A DNA stretch of 63,274 nucleotides, the filler included, from Octopus bimaculoides (taxonomy: Eukaryota): assembly GCF_001194135.2 (NCBI RefSeq). It is 4 parts of 3 records of this genome, joined end to end, with 100 filler letters (N's around TTAATTAATTAA, not from the genome) between each part and the next. Parts side by side here need not be neighbours in the genome. Positions count along the whole stretch, not along the records: positions 1 to 26,873 come from NC_068997.1; positions 26,974 to 50,018 come from NC_068994.1; 2 more parts are not named here. One strand, 5' to 3'. The translations under genes were made by a program, and so were the position numbers. Under the pieces are notes generated by a model that worked only from the letters and a program-made list of their open reading frames with translations, made no database searches and was not told where the DNA came from. Below are positions 26,851-39,043 of the stretch, piece after piece. Position 1 is the first letter of the stretch; every line of letters starts with the position of its first letter.

Positions 26851-28269
26851 ATATATATATGGGAGAATATACGNNNNNNNNNNNNNNNNNNNNNNNNNNN
26901 NNNNNNNNNNNNNNNNNTTAATTAATTAANNNNNNNNNNNNNNNNNNNNNNNNNNNNNNNNNNNNNNNNNNNNTTATTATTATTATTAATAATAATCCTA
27001 TATTACAACTTATACAATCTACACTTATAAGCTGCGCAGACTATAGTGCCGCAACCTAAGGTTGGTCTTCACTATTACAAGTTAACTCCTATTAATAGAT
27101 AATTTGGGGTTCGAAGTGAGATATTTTTAACTGACCCATTAACTATAGTAATCCCTTCCTTGAATTAGTGCTACCGGTTATAGTCAAGTATCTATTGTAA
27201 TCTAACTTAATTTTCTAATGCCACCAAGGTTCAAGTGCATCTCCAAACTTGCACTTGTATTTTATGCATCAGTCCACCTAATTTCATGACCTAACTTTGT
27301 CTTATAATTTAGCATGCATGTATACACATACACACACACACACATATACATACACACACACACACATATATATATATATANNNNNNNNNNNNNNNNNNNN
27401 NNNNNNNNNNNNNNNNNNNNNNNNNNNNNNNNNNNNNNNNNNNNNNNNNNNNNNNNNNNNNNNNNNNNNNNNNNNNNNNNNNNNNNNNNNNNNNNNNNNN
27501 NNNNNNNNNNNNNNNNNNNNNNNNNNNNNNNNNNNNNNNNNNNNNNNNNNNNNNNNNNNNNNNNNNNNNNNNNNNNNNNNNNNNNNNNNNNNNNNNNNNN
27601 NNNNNNNNNNNNNNNNNNNNNNNNNNNNNNNNNNNNNNNNNNNNNNNNNNNNNNNNNNNNNNNNNNNNNNNNNNNNNNNNNNNNNNNNNNNNNNNNNNNN
27701 NNNNNNNNNNNNNNNNNNNNNNNNNNNNNNNNNNNNNNNNNNNNNNNNNNNNNNNNNNNNNNNNNNNNNNNNNNNNNNNNNNNNNNNNNNNNNNNNNNNN
27801 NNNNNNNNNNNNNNNNNNNNNNNNNNNNNNNNNNNNNNNNNNNNNNNNNNNNNNNNNNNNNNNNNNNNNNNNNNNNNNNNNNNNNNNNNNNNNNNNNNNN
27901 NNNNNNNNNNNNNNNNNNNNNNNNNNNNNNNNNNNNNNNNNNNNNNNNNNNNNNNNNNNNNNNNNNNNNNNNNNNNNNNNNNNNNNNNNNNNNNNNNNNN
28001 NNNNNNNNNNNNNNNNNNNNNNNNNNNNNNNNNNNNNNNNNNNNNNNNNNNNNNNNNNNNNNNNNNNNNNNNNNNNNNNNNNNNNNNNNNNNNNNNNNNN
28101 NNNNNNNNNNNNNNNNNNNNNNNNNNNNNNNNNNNNNNNNNNNNNNNNNNNNNNNNNNNNNNNNNNNNNNNNNNNNNNNNNNNNNNNNNNNNNNNNNNNN
28201 NNNNNNNNNNNNNNNNNNNNNNNNNNNNNNNNNNNNNNNTATTATTATTATTATTATTATTGTTATTTA

Positions 28270-29880
28270 TATCATTGTTCAAATTCTTATTCCCCCCTAT
28301 TTCTTTAGACTTAAGTATTTTAAGGTTATGTGCTGCTATCATTTGTGCTAGGTTCCTAGTATTTGAAAACCCAAACCTAATTATGTGCGTATTGATAATA
28401 TTACCATAGTGTGAGCTCCTTGGGAAGTGCCTACCTATCACCTCTCTAAACTTTGCTATCAGGTTACTCTTGATATTTCTCCCAAATGGGATTATGAACC
28501 AGACTTTATTATCCTTATTATTATCATCATGGTTACTAATATCGTTTTTAAAAATTTTTTAATTGCTTATGTTATGTTTATGGGGGGATTTTGGTTTATT
28601 TCCTTTATTTTCATTGTGTTTATTCCTCTTATTATTATTACTATTGCTGTCATTTGTTTTAATTATGTTGTTATCATTTTCAATATAGGAGACCCTTTCT
28701 CTATACCCGGCCTTATTTAATGCTGCATTATAGAAATGAGCTTCATTATTGAAGACCCTATTATTAGCAGATAATTTGGAGAGTCTTAAAGAGATGTTTT
28801 TAACTAAATTCTCGATGATAGCCCTAGGTTGGTTACTTGATTTATTTATATACTTTAGGTTCGTTGGGGGTTTGTGGTATGGTCTCATTCTTAATATCTA
28901 ACGTTACATCTAAGAAGTTTGCCACTGAAATATCATCTTCGTAAACTATACTCATCCCCATTCTACTGAAAAATCTAGCCAGTCTACCCTTAATTCTCTG
29001 CAGTTCCTGGTTGGAGCAATTCCTAACATATAAAAGGCAGTCATCTCTATATAGACCACCCCCTAACCCTAGGGAATTGATCATTTAATTCGTAAAGGAT
29101 AAATGATCCCACCATATCAGCTATTTGGGCTGAGTCAGAGCTTCCCATGGGGACATCAAAGGCCTCTGGTGTATCTTTTCTTATCCATATCCTATCTTTA
29201 AAGCTAATGAAAGATTTTCTCGCTGCTGTTATTACTTTGAATTCTTCTCTAGTGAGGCCTGCCTTCTTATGGAAGAACCACATTGCCTTATTATTGGGTT
29301 AATTGATCTATAAAAGTTTCCTATATCGAATTGGATAAACTTAGTGTCTCCTATGTGCTCAATTGAGTTAAACCAACTTATCACTTGGTCTGTACTGGAC
29401 CATAATTCTAACTTCAACTTAGTGGTTATTTTAGGTAAATACTTATTAATAATGTTCTTGCTTAATACTCCAATGTCTGATTTTGTTGGGCATATGAGTC
29501 TTAGTGATGGCTGTGTCCAGAAATTTACTTTATGGTCCTTCAGGATGAATCTTGGTTCTCATGGTACCAGCGGTTCTGTCCTATCCGTCAAGTTATACTT
29601 CTCCATTATTTCCTTAGTTTGCATGTTAGCTTCCTTGAGTATCTTACTGTTTACTATTTTATAATTCTTCTCTATTTCCTTTTCCAGTAGGTTGTTGTAG
29701 TTCTGCTTAGTCAATTTGTATATGTTCCTTGTTTTATCTGATTTCACCAGAACTTTGTTGGTATTCTTTATTTCTCTAATGATTCCTTCTATGTATTTCA
29801 TGTGTGTGTTCATTTTCTGTGACCTATTGAATTTGATGTTCTTTACAACGGACCAAATATCTTCCTCAAACTTGTCTATA
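28270..29880 (-). mobile_element. Naiad-like PLE RT, decayed (1 in-frame TGA, ~3 frameshifts)
   Basis: KFEEDIWSVVKNIKF, VKSDKTRNIYK, FILKDHKVNF..LRLICPTKSDIG, WFNSI..FIQFDIGNFY, AARKS..FDVPMGSSD, LYRDD, NFLDVT, SNQP, AALNKAGY, RHFP..AHNLKIL. Confidence 0.9.
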
Positions 29881-30285
29881 ATAATATTGAAATATTATTC
29901 AATATATCACTGATGGAGCTTGAAAAGATTCCTAGGAGCAATGATTTCTGGATAAAATTCTCTTAGCTCAATAATGAGACACGGTATTAATGTAAAATAA
30001 AATAATAGCAATGATAGCCTCCCAGGGGCAACAAAAATAATCTACCTATCGTGAATAATCAATAGTCAATAATAAATAAATTAATAAATAAATAAAATAA
30101 AATAAATTAATGTAGTAGGCATTCACAGGAGAGCAGTAACAATAGAAAAGATTAAGGAGTTACCTCCCCTGTATATCTAATAAACAAGACAGCATGGCGA
30201 AAAAAAACGGTATAGTTAAATAATTTTTAATAATCTGTTCTGATCGATTAATTGTGTTTTTTGGTCATTTGTTCTAATGGAAATC

Positions 30286-30313
30286 ATTCCTGATGAAGTG
30301 CGAAACGTCAAAC
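30286..30313 (+). ncRNA. Hammerhead-like core, antisense and upstream of the Naiad RT; helix I not formed
   Basis: CTGATGA-AGTGC-GAAA-CG-TC at 30290-30309. Confidence 0.35.
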
Positions 30314-32312
30314 ATTCAACAGATTAGTCGTTGGATAGAGTTGAGCACAGAAATGTTGACATCGGATGCTAAATAATTAAATAAATGGAAAAAAATCGAC
30401 CGTGTTGAAAGTCTCTATCCTTTTAAATATACAAATTTGAAACCTTGGATATATATANNNNNNNNNNNNNNNNNNNNNNNNNNNNNNNNNNNNNNNNNNN
30501 NNNNNNNNNNNNNNNNNNNNNNNNNNNNNNNNNNNNNNNNNNNNNNNNNNNNNNNNNNNNNNNNNNNNNNATTATTAATTTGAATATTCTAATTTATATG
30601 AGCATATTTTACATCAATATACAAATTTAGCATTGTACTATAGAAATCTATATTTACACGGAGATGTAGAGAACTAACTGATCTAATCATGTATACTGGA
30701 ACATCATGGATACCTTCAGAATTCAACGCAGTTACACAAACAAAATCCACTTGTTTTATATGTATTCTATGGTGTCTATATATCTTTTGTATTTATATGT
30801 GGTAAATCGTTCCAGTAGATATGTATATTTGGCAGTCCGCTATACTGGATATACATGCCTATGTATGAATGCGGGTGTGTGTGTGTGTGTGTGTGTGTGA
30901 TTAAAGTTTTTGTTAGGCGCATGAAAGTGAGCTGTGTGTAGTAGAAGGTAGTTTGGATGATGAGTTAAATTTTTGAGAGCATTTATGCTTGAATTCTTTA
31001 AGCCTCTCATCTTTGAACTGTATATCTATCTGCAGCTAACCATTCAAAACTATCAATTTATTTTTTATTTGACTACGTCCGTCCATAATTTAATAATAGT
31101 CCCCTAAACCTTGATAGTTGTGGTTTCCATTTTTTTTTATATATTATGAACTGTCTTTTTAAGAATCAACAGCCATTGATCTTCCATTGTTTATTTTGTT
31201 ATGTTATATCAGCAACAGCTCAATAACCGTTGTATTTAAGGAGTGGAACGTGCAATTTCCTGTAAGTCAGACTGCCTCGTGGTCTCAGCAGACCAAAAAA
31301 AAAGGCGTTGCCCCGGTGGAAAGCGAGGGAGATGCGCTGGAACATTCACACTGACATCTCTGCCCCAGGGATATGGTCCGAGGGCCAAAAACACCGGAGG
31401 TCTCTACTGCCGAAGGCTTGACCATAAAGCTGTTGGAGAGTAAAGATCTGTAATTTCTTTTGGGTGTTTCTGGTGGAACATGTCAGGAGGAAGATTATTA
31501 TAAAAAATATCGTTTACATGTTGTCTATTCATCGTTTTTCGGGGGTGGGGGCAGTTTTACAAATCAAATTATTGTATCTACTTCTATTTTGGCTTTCCAT
31601 AAACTCCATATAAAAAGAGTGGATTCTGTGTGTGTGCAACAGAGTTGCATACAAAAATTTCAGAATCCTGAATATATCCATGATGTTCTGAGGTATATAT
31701 ATATGATCTAATGAGTTTTTTTCTATTATATATCTCTATATCAATATGCAATTGTATTCTATATTACTAAATATACACATTGATTTAAAATGTATGTATA
31801 TAAATTTTGAATATTGAAATTAATGATATTACATTGAGAATATTACGAGACGGTTGTAATATGGAACTCATACGGAAATAATAAATCTGTGTTCATCTCT
31901 CATACTTCCTGATATTTTCACTATCATTTACTCCTTGTGGAAATAGTTATTGCTTGTATATCCGGATTTTCGGTTGCATGGACAAGTTAAACTACATTGC
32001 AATTTATTTACAATGTGAACTGATAGCCGATTCCTGCAGGATTTTGTCCAGGGCCCATAAATTAATTGTGATTTTTTTTTCCTGTGACTTTATTAGCGAC
32101 CACCATAAATTAATTGCGACTTTTTTCCTAGCCAAAATTGTGACTTTATTACTGGTCAGCATATGCCATAACCGGTTATATATTACATGACGACATGGAA
32201 ATATACTCAGTTGCAGAAACTAAGTTAAATGACACTTTTGAAATTTTGAGGAGTGGAGGCTCCCCGTCACGATCCATTCAACCCATGTCAGCATGGAAAA
32301 GGGACATAAAAT

Positions 32313-32351
<39 letters not shown>

Positions 32352-32828
32352 TGCGAATGCATGTGTTTATATTCATGCGTGTGGTTACTATAGATATTTT
32401 CATGTTTTCATTTTAGGTACATTCTATTTGATGGCCTCACTTGTGGTTATTCCGGTGACATATAGACGTTGAATAGTTATTACTTCCAAAGAAAAACCAT
32501 ACACTGGATATCTTGTATAACAATTGTTGTATTCAAAATAAAATGCAAAATGGATTATTTTGTAGTAATACTTCATCACATGAAACTATTTTCTGCTCTT
32601 AGTGGCTCCTTGTTTATATTTATATGCAAACATTTTAATTATTGTTTCCAAATAAAATCTCAGTTCAGGTTATTGCGCTTTGCAGATTGCGGACGCCTTT
32701 AGACATGACTCCGTGAAAGAGATGGATTACAGTGAGTTTTACTTAATGCAGAATTTTGTGCTGTGGGAAGACGGGACTATTATGCTTCGTATCATATCTT
32801 GAGGTGAAAACAAAGGATTTTGGTACTT

Positions 32829-33227
32829 CTTAAATACAGAGGTCCCGACGCATCTAAAGGGGAGGTAATCTAGTTTTATCAAAACTACTGTGACTTCACA
32901 TAAATGGCCCTTGTGTAAGTCGAAACTAAAAACTAAAAACCTTAACCCCAACCCTATCCCCTAACCCACAGAGGTAAAGAATACGTACACCACCCGTTTT
33001 CTGCGTAACCCTAACCTTAAACCCAACCCTAAAACTAACCCTAAATCCTAACGGGTGTGCACTGTAAAAAACATCGGATTAAAAACAGACGAAATTGTGG
33101 GAAAAAAAAAAGATCGGAATAAAAGCAGACGATATTGTGATGCCCCTTACATCATTTAGTTTTGATAAAACTAGATTACCTGCCCTTCACATCGTTACGG
33201 GGATGCATCGGGATCTCTGTATTTAAG
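32829..33227. mobile_element. MITE with bipartite TIRs and internal CCCTAA-like repeats
   Basis: cttaaatacagaggtcccgacgcatc pairs with gatgcatcgggatctctgtatttaag; inner inverted repeats ggaggtaatctagttttatcaaaacta / tagttttgataaaactagattacctgccc. Confidence 0.85.
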
Positions 33228-33295
33228 TAGAGCCATGTTGTTTTCATTGGATATGTTTTGATTTATTTGTAAATATTCTCTTTGGGATCTTTTCG

Positions 33296-34067
33296 GGACC
33301 TTTGTGATTTGACGGGCAACATTTTTTTACGTAGTGTTTTTGGTACCGAAACACTTTCAAACTTCGTATACTTGTATATTTTGTGGTATAGAACAGATAA
33401 TAAATTTTGTATTCGAAGTTATTTCACGTTAAAAATTGTCTTATTTCGATAATTTCAACTAATCACTGACGTCTATTCAGTTGAATACACTAACTGCTGT
33501 GACGGTGTATATGGTATTAATCCCCGTTAGTTCTGACATTTCCGATTAACTAGACTGTTCGTAAACAAAGGGGAAAAAGCCATCAAAATACTTGAATATT
33601 GCCTGCACTTGTTATTGGAGCTACCAGAATTATTAATGCATCCCCACCAAGTGCTTCATTTCCTAGAAATAGCAGCCAAATCTTCTTCAAATCAAACTCT
33701 AGTTTAGGGTTCGGGTTAGGGTTATGAGTGAGGTTATGGGGAAAATATACACACACAGATACGCACAGCGTAATTTATTATATAAACAATATATGCGTAT
33801 AAATTACGATTAAACCGGATGAAATATGTCACACGGAATAACATTTTTATGACCGGCCAGCACTGACTATTCAGCTGAATAGACGTCAGTGATTGGTTGA
33901 AATTACAGAAATACGACAACTTTAACATGAAATAACTTGCGATGTACATTTTTTTGTTAAGAAGGCTAAGACAAAAAGTTGTTTTGTATGACACATTCTA
34001 CCAGTGTCCCAAGTTTGAAAGTGTTTCGTTAAGAAAACAGGTGTTGCCCGTCAAATCACAAAAATCC
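33296..34067. mobile_element. Foldback DNA element (GG termini, ~200-bp TIRs, 8-bp TSD TCTTTTCG)
   Basis: TSD at 33288-33295 and 34068-34075; homologous to 39044-39843; short ttaggg-like tract at ~33703-33740. Confidence 0.9.
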
Positions 34068-34075
34068 TCTTTTCG

Positions 34076-34290
34076 ATTTGATGGGCAGATTTTTTAATTA
34101 ATTTTTTTTTTAACTAAATACTTTGAAACTTCGGATACTGGTAGAATGTGTCACATAGAACAGGGTTTACTCTAAACGTTTTTGACAAAATTTTGTATTT
34201 TAGAAGTTATTTCGTGCTAAAGTTGTATTTGGGTAATTTTAACCAATCAATTACGTGTATTCAGCTGAAGAAAATTACTGCTGCTGTTTG
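34076..34290. mobile_element. Arm of an older copy of the same foldback family (starts at 33285, split by 33296-34067)
   Basis: ggatcttttcg joined to atttgatgggcag...tttgaaacttcggatactggtagaatgtgtca rebuilds a family TIR. Confidence 0.75.
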
Positions 34291-35720
34291 CGAACAACTT
34301 CCGGGTCCACTCCCCTAGCAAAACCCTTATTTAATAACCAGAGATGTTTTTATAGCAGCATGGGTTTGCTGTATCGGGGTTGGTTTGAGGTTAAATAACA
34401 ACAAAATTATTACTGAGACAGACCAGCGACAGAGCCTGTATGTGGTTGCATGACCTGCTAGAAAAAGTAGCCAAACTTTTCTATGTACAGAATAAAAAAC
34501 CTCTATCCTTTTGTTTAGTTTTTTGTTATGTCTGCAATTTGTAAGATACATAATATATCTTTGCGGGAATTAAGGATAAACCATCAGACACATCCTAACG
34601 CATTCCAGTTGGTTTATGTAATTTTTTATATTCGTAGGACATTTGTTATATTTACTGGGCAGTTAATTATTTCCCCTTGGTTTCTGTCTTTTTCTAAATG
34701 AGTACGTTCATCAAACATCGATTGCATCGAACACAATTACTGTTTTGTTTTTACCAAGTTGCTAAATGGATAAATAGATTAATATTTTGACCATGAAACA
34801 TTGGGTAATTGTTTTACTCAAGGTTTTTGTGGATACACACACACACAAAGTAGCAGTGCGGACTAAAGTAATGATGTATGCATTATTTTTACTGCTTTCC
34901 TGCACACTACTACATGAATGGCATTCGCTGCAAGATTTTGTCTCAGGGAATAAATTCATCCTCCAAAGAGTTTGAGTAAAAACACAGCAATTTCCAGACG
35001 ACATCACTGAACTACCAACAGTTCTTCAACATAATTTCACCTACTCAGTAATAGATACCACCTCGGTCATTTGAACCTAGATGGGAACTTCTGTTCATAT
35101 ACAGAAAACAGTAAAAAAAAATATTTGCTGCTGTATGCTGAATTTTGCCAAACTGGAACAGAAGAACCTGTCTAGTTCCAGCCACTGAGGAAGCAAAATC
35201 ACACAGCAACACACTGTCTGGCATTCTGCTGATGTCGTTTGAAACTCGATGTATCTTTACACATTACATCTAAAGGTTTGTTCTAGACAAATCATTTTAC
35301 ACACACACAATATTTTAGTTATTAAAACACTGTGTATCTACAGTTGTACTAAATCATGATTGTTCTCTTCTGATACTAGAAAAATGCGCAGAGTTTCAAT
35401 GATGATCCAAACACTGTGCGATTTCGATTTGAAACTCAGCTGAAAAGTCAAGAAAGATGAAGAACAGAACAGGCTTGCTGAACCTGGTACTATTGTACTA
35501 AATTTGGTACTTTTGGTGTGCAGTAATACTTTTGGTACTATGCTGCAATAATTTGGTACTTTTTTCGAATTTTTTTGCTTTATGTAAGAAAATATGTTTA
35601 CAGCATATGTAAGTGAACAATGTAACAATAAATACTAATTAGTCTATATCAAAATATATTTTGCGACATCTTATAATGAGACAGTTTATAGCTAATTGGT
35701 AGCTAGTTGGTATAGAACGT

Positions 35721-36106
35721 GTGGAGGCGCAATGGCCCAGTGGTTAGGGCAGCAGACTCGCGGTCATAGGATCACGGTTTCGATTCCCAGACCGGGCATT
35801 GTGAGTGTTTATTGAGCGAAAACACCTAAAGCTCCACGAGGCTCTGGCAGGGGATGGTGGCGAACCCTGCTGTACTCTTCTACCACAACTTTCTCTCACT
35901 CATACTTCCTGTGTCTGTTGTGCCTGTAATTCAAAGGGTCAGCCTTGTCACACTGTGTCACACTGAATATCCCCGAGAACTACGTCAAGGGTACACATGT
36001 CTGTGGAGTGCTCAGCCACTTGCACGTTAATTTCACAAACTGGCTGTTCCGTCGATCAGATCAACTGGAACCCTCGACGTCGTAAGCGACGGAGTGCCAA
36101 CAGCAA
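35721..36106 (+). mobile_element. tRNA-derived SINE family D, full length with 13-bp TSD
   Basis: TSD tggtatagaacgt at 35708-35720 and 36107-36119; head ggaggcgcaatggcccagtggttaggg...ggtttcgattccc. Confidence 0.92.
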
Positions 36107-36280
36107 TGGTATAGAACGTATTCAATATGTGTATCATATGTACCATCCAATATCGCCAGCTTGTCACCTCTAATGCCAGTCAGTAGCATGTTTTATACAT
36201 AAATGACAAGTGCTTCCTTACTATCTCATTGAACTTTTATCAATTATAAGAGATTTATAACCCTCAAGCTGAGCAAGAAT

Positions 36281-37230
36281 ATGAAAGATAAACACAGTGA
36301 TAAAATTAACTTAGGTTTAACTCCGCCATTAAATAATATAATCATACATTATCGAAAACTTTTACTGGATTCTCGATTTTCATCATGGTCAGAACCAAGT
36401 GAAACAAAAATCGAAAGATATTGTGAAATTCAAGGCAGTGTAACTCATCTGGGGAGGCAAGGAAAAATGGATAAACATATTAAAAATGTTAATTCAGAAA
36501 ATAAAAGTGGAAAACTGACCGACTTTTTGCAGCCTGCAACTTCTGTTCATATTACAAACATAGCAGCTCCAGAACCTAAGCTTTGTTCCCTCATTGCAGA
36601 ACATAACTTACCAGTGAGACTTATGAATCATTTACCTGGACTAATTCAGACTGCATGTCCTTATTCCAAAATGGTCAAAGGTATTAAATGTGCAAGAACC
36701 AAAGCTACTCAAATATATAAAAATGTTTTAGGCCCTTATTACTTTGAAAACCTCATTAAACAGTTAAAAGAGTGCAAGTTTTCATTAATTGTTGATGAAA
36801 CTACTGATGTAAGTACAAAAAAACAGCTTGTTCTGTTAGCTAGATTTTATGATTGTAGCACTCAAAAAATTATTGATAGTTATTTAATTCTTTTGAAAGC
36901 CAAGGATTGCTCGGCTAATGGAATTTTTTCCTCTATTAAAAGATTCTTCACCTTATATGATATTCCTTTTGAAAATTTGATAGGATTTGCCAGTGATTTG
37001 TGTCTGTCACTCTATGCATATCTGTGCATCAAAGGCATGTTCAAAATTACCTTCATATTTAGAAGAGATTGCTAGGAGCATAAATCCATTCTTCTCAAAT
37101 AGCTCAGAGACTGCAGGAATATCAAGAATTTCAGGCATTTACTCAAACAAATCCTCACAAGTTATTACATGTAAGTTGTACAAGGTAGCTATCTTTAGAA
37201 CAAGTTGTCAAAAGAATACTAGAACAGTGA
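36281..37230 (+). pseudogene. hAT-superfamily transposase remnant (264-codon ORF plus a frameshifted continuation)
   Basis: IAEHNLP..CARTKAT..FSLIVDETTD..KQL..GFASD, then a deletion/frameshift into CVCHSMHICASKACSKLP. Confidence 0.85.
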
Positions 37231-37694
37231 CCTAATGTAATTCTTTACTACAGAATGGAAGGGAGGTAATTAATTGAGTTTCATGTAAATAAAATAAACT
37301 AAGTTGTTAGAAAGGAAAGAATGTGTGATCTACACACATCTATGATACCAAGTCTCACAGTTCCTCTCGTATGTAATATAGATTAGGAGAACTTCAATCA
37401 ACTGGGATTATCCAAAACAAATACTTGAGAATCTCTTCATCTGAGATCTGAAAACAAGCAAAGCAGAAAATTTTAATAAGATAAATCAAAAATTTGGACA
37501 ATATAGACAATGCAGATGGGAATGGATCTGGTTTTTAAACTTAACCAAGTTACTTGGATGATTGTGTGGAGATTTACATAAGAATTACATTTGAATCAAT
37601 TCTTGTGCCCATATTTCTAATTTGTTTCTTTTGAACTGAATAAATAAACAACATTGATCATTAAATTGTATTTATAATCAGCTTTATTTATAAA

Positions 37695-37800
37695 CAGCCT
37701 AAGGTTATAGTAGAAGACACTCGCCCAAGGTGTCACATAGTGCGACTGAATCTGGAACTATGTGGTTAGGGAGCAAGCTTCTTACCACACAGCCACACGC
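37695..37800 (-). mobile_element. SINE family A head fragment
   Basis: tatagtagaagacactcgcccaaggtgtcac...cttaccacacagccac. Confidence 0.85.
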
Positions 37801-37861
37801 ATGCTTAATACATATGTGGTGATGCAAACAAGAAAAATAGAACTCAAAATATGAGTATATG

Positions 37862-38020
37862 CACTAGCGTAGTTAGAGTGTGTGCCACATGGGGCGACCC
37901 TTCTGTTTGCCACCCCTGGACCCCACAAAAAAACACATATTACCAACAGCAACAGCCTACAACAGGATGAAAAGTGCCACCCAGAGCAGACTGCCCCTAC
38001 TGCCCAGAGCTACGCCAGTG
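37862..38020. mobile_element. hAT-type MITE with 8-bp TSD AGTATATG
   Basis: TIR CACTAGCGTAG / CTACGCCAGTG; TSD at 37854-37861 and 38021-38028. Confidence 0.85.
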
Positions 38021-38050
38021 AGTATATGTATGTTTTTGTTAATATTTAAC

Positions 38051-38128
38051 AGGAGCAAGAGTGACTCAAGAGCTGAGAGTTTCGTGCATTTGTTAAACTC
38101 TCAGCCCTTGAGTCACTCTCTTGCTTCT
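38051..38128. mobile_element. Shorter copy of the 16346-16457 hairpin family
   Basis: gagtgactcaagagctgagagttt ... aaactctcagcccttgagtcactc. Confidence 0.75.
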
Positions 38129-39043
38129 ACTGTCTGTCTATCTATAGACAAATAGATAGATAGATAAAGAGAGACCGTTAACATGTGGTTTTTGCCTGAG
38201 AAAATATCTCCTCACAGACAGATTTCTTCTTGACATGAAAGTAGTGAATACGCATCACTTACAAGACTCAAGGAAGCTGAAACTCATCTCTGACATTCTC
38301 GTGGGTAATTTCTGGGACAATGTTTATCTTGCTCTGATATATATTATGTTTTTAGCACATGTCCATGAGCAGACTTTCTCCCAGACAAAAACCATAGTAT
38401 CATGCTTGTCAATGGTTTATGTGAGTTAGATATGACACACAGACAGCTATTTTAATGTATGTGTGTGTATGCTGGGGCAGGGCCTTGAAGAATTTTCAGT
38501 CAAATGAGTTGACTCCAGTACTATTTTTTTTTAAAACCTGGTACCTATTCTATCAGTCAAATCTTTTGTTTTATTGCCAGTGGCTGCCAGCGTCAATTTT
38601 GTGTTCAAATTGATTTCATATTCAGTGTAATGATACACTTTTATAAGCTAATTAATGACATGAAAGTAATTTTCACAATAAATCAATAAATAAAGAGTTA
38701 TTAATTAAAGTTTGAAAATTTGGGTAAATTTAGCCAATCGTAAGCCACAGACACATTCATAGCAGTTTCAATAGTAAGAAGCAAAAACATAAGAACTCTT
38801 TTGCCTGCTGCCATAGTAACAGTCTTTGAAGTCTCTTATCTGTGAGGGAGTACATGTTGACAGCACTTTGGAAAATCTTTTATCTGTGAAGAAGCAAGTG
38901 TTGACAAATTTGACATTGTATTCTGTATGGCAGCAAACTCCAGTAACTTCACTTCTATTATGGCTTCATTTTGTCATTGAGAATTGAGGTGGTTGCGAGG
39001 TATACTAAAAATAAAAGCTAAATAATATTTTGGGATAAATCTC

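Noticed and set aside
26918-26929. TTAATTAATTAA island inside N runs, repeated at 50063-50074 and 60224-60235
   Set aside because: An identical 12-mer centred between equal N blocks is a scaffolding/gap marker, not biology
27100-27200. Possible SECIS hairpin downstream of the Naiad (minus strand TGACTATA...TATAG)
   Set aside because: The 3' side lacks the GA of the non-Watson-Crick quartet and the apical AA spacing does not fit
27297-28441. Long ORFs of 250-380 aa at 27.3-28.4, 51.7-52.7 and 58.6-59.6 kb (also 10.6-11.2 and 15.1-15.7 kb)
   Set aside because: Composed mostly of X from assembly gaps plus microsatellite translation
32050-32150. Direct repeats ccataaattaattg(t/c)ga
   Set aside because: Only two short copies; no termini or TSD found to define an element
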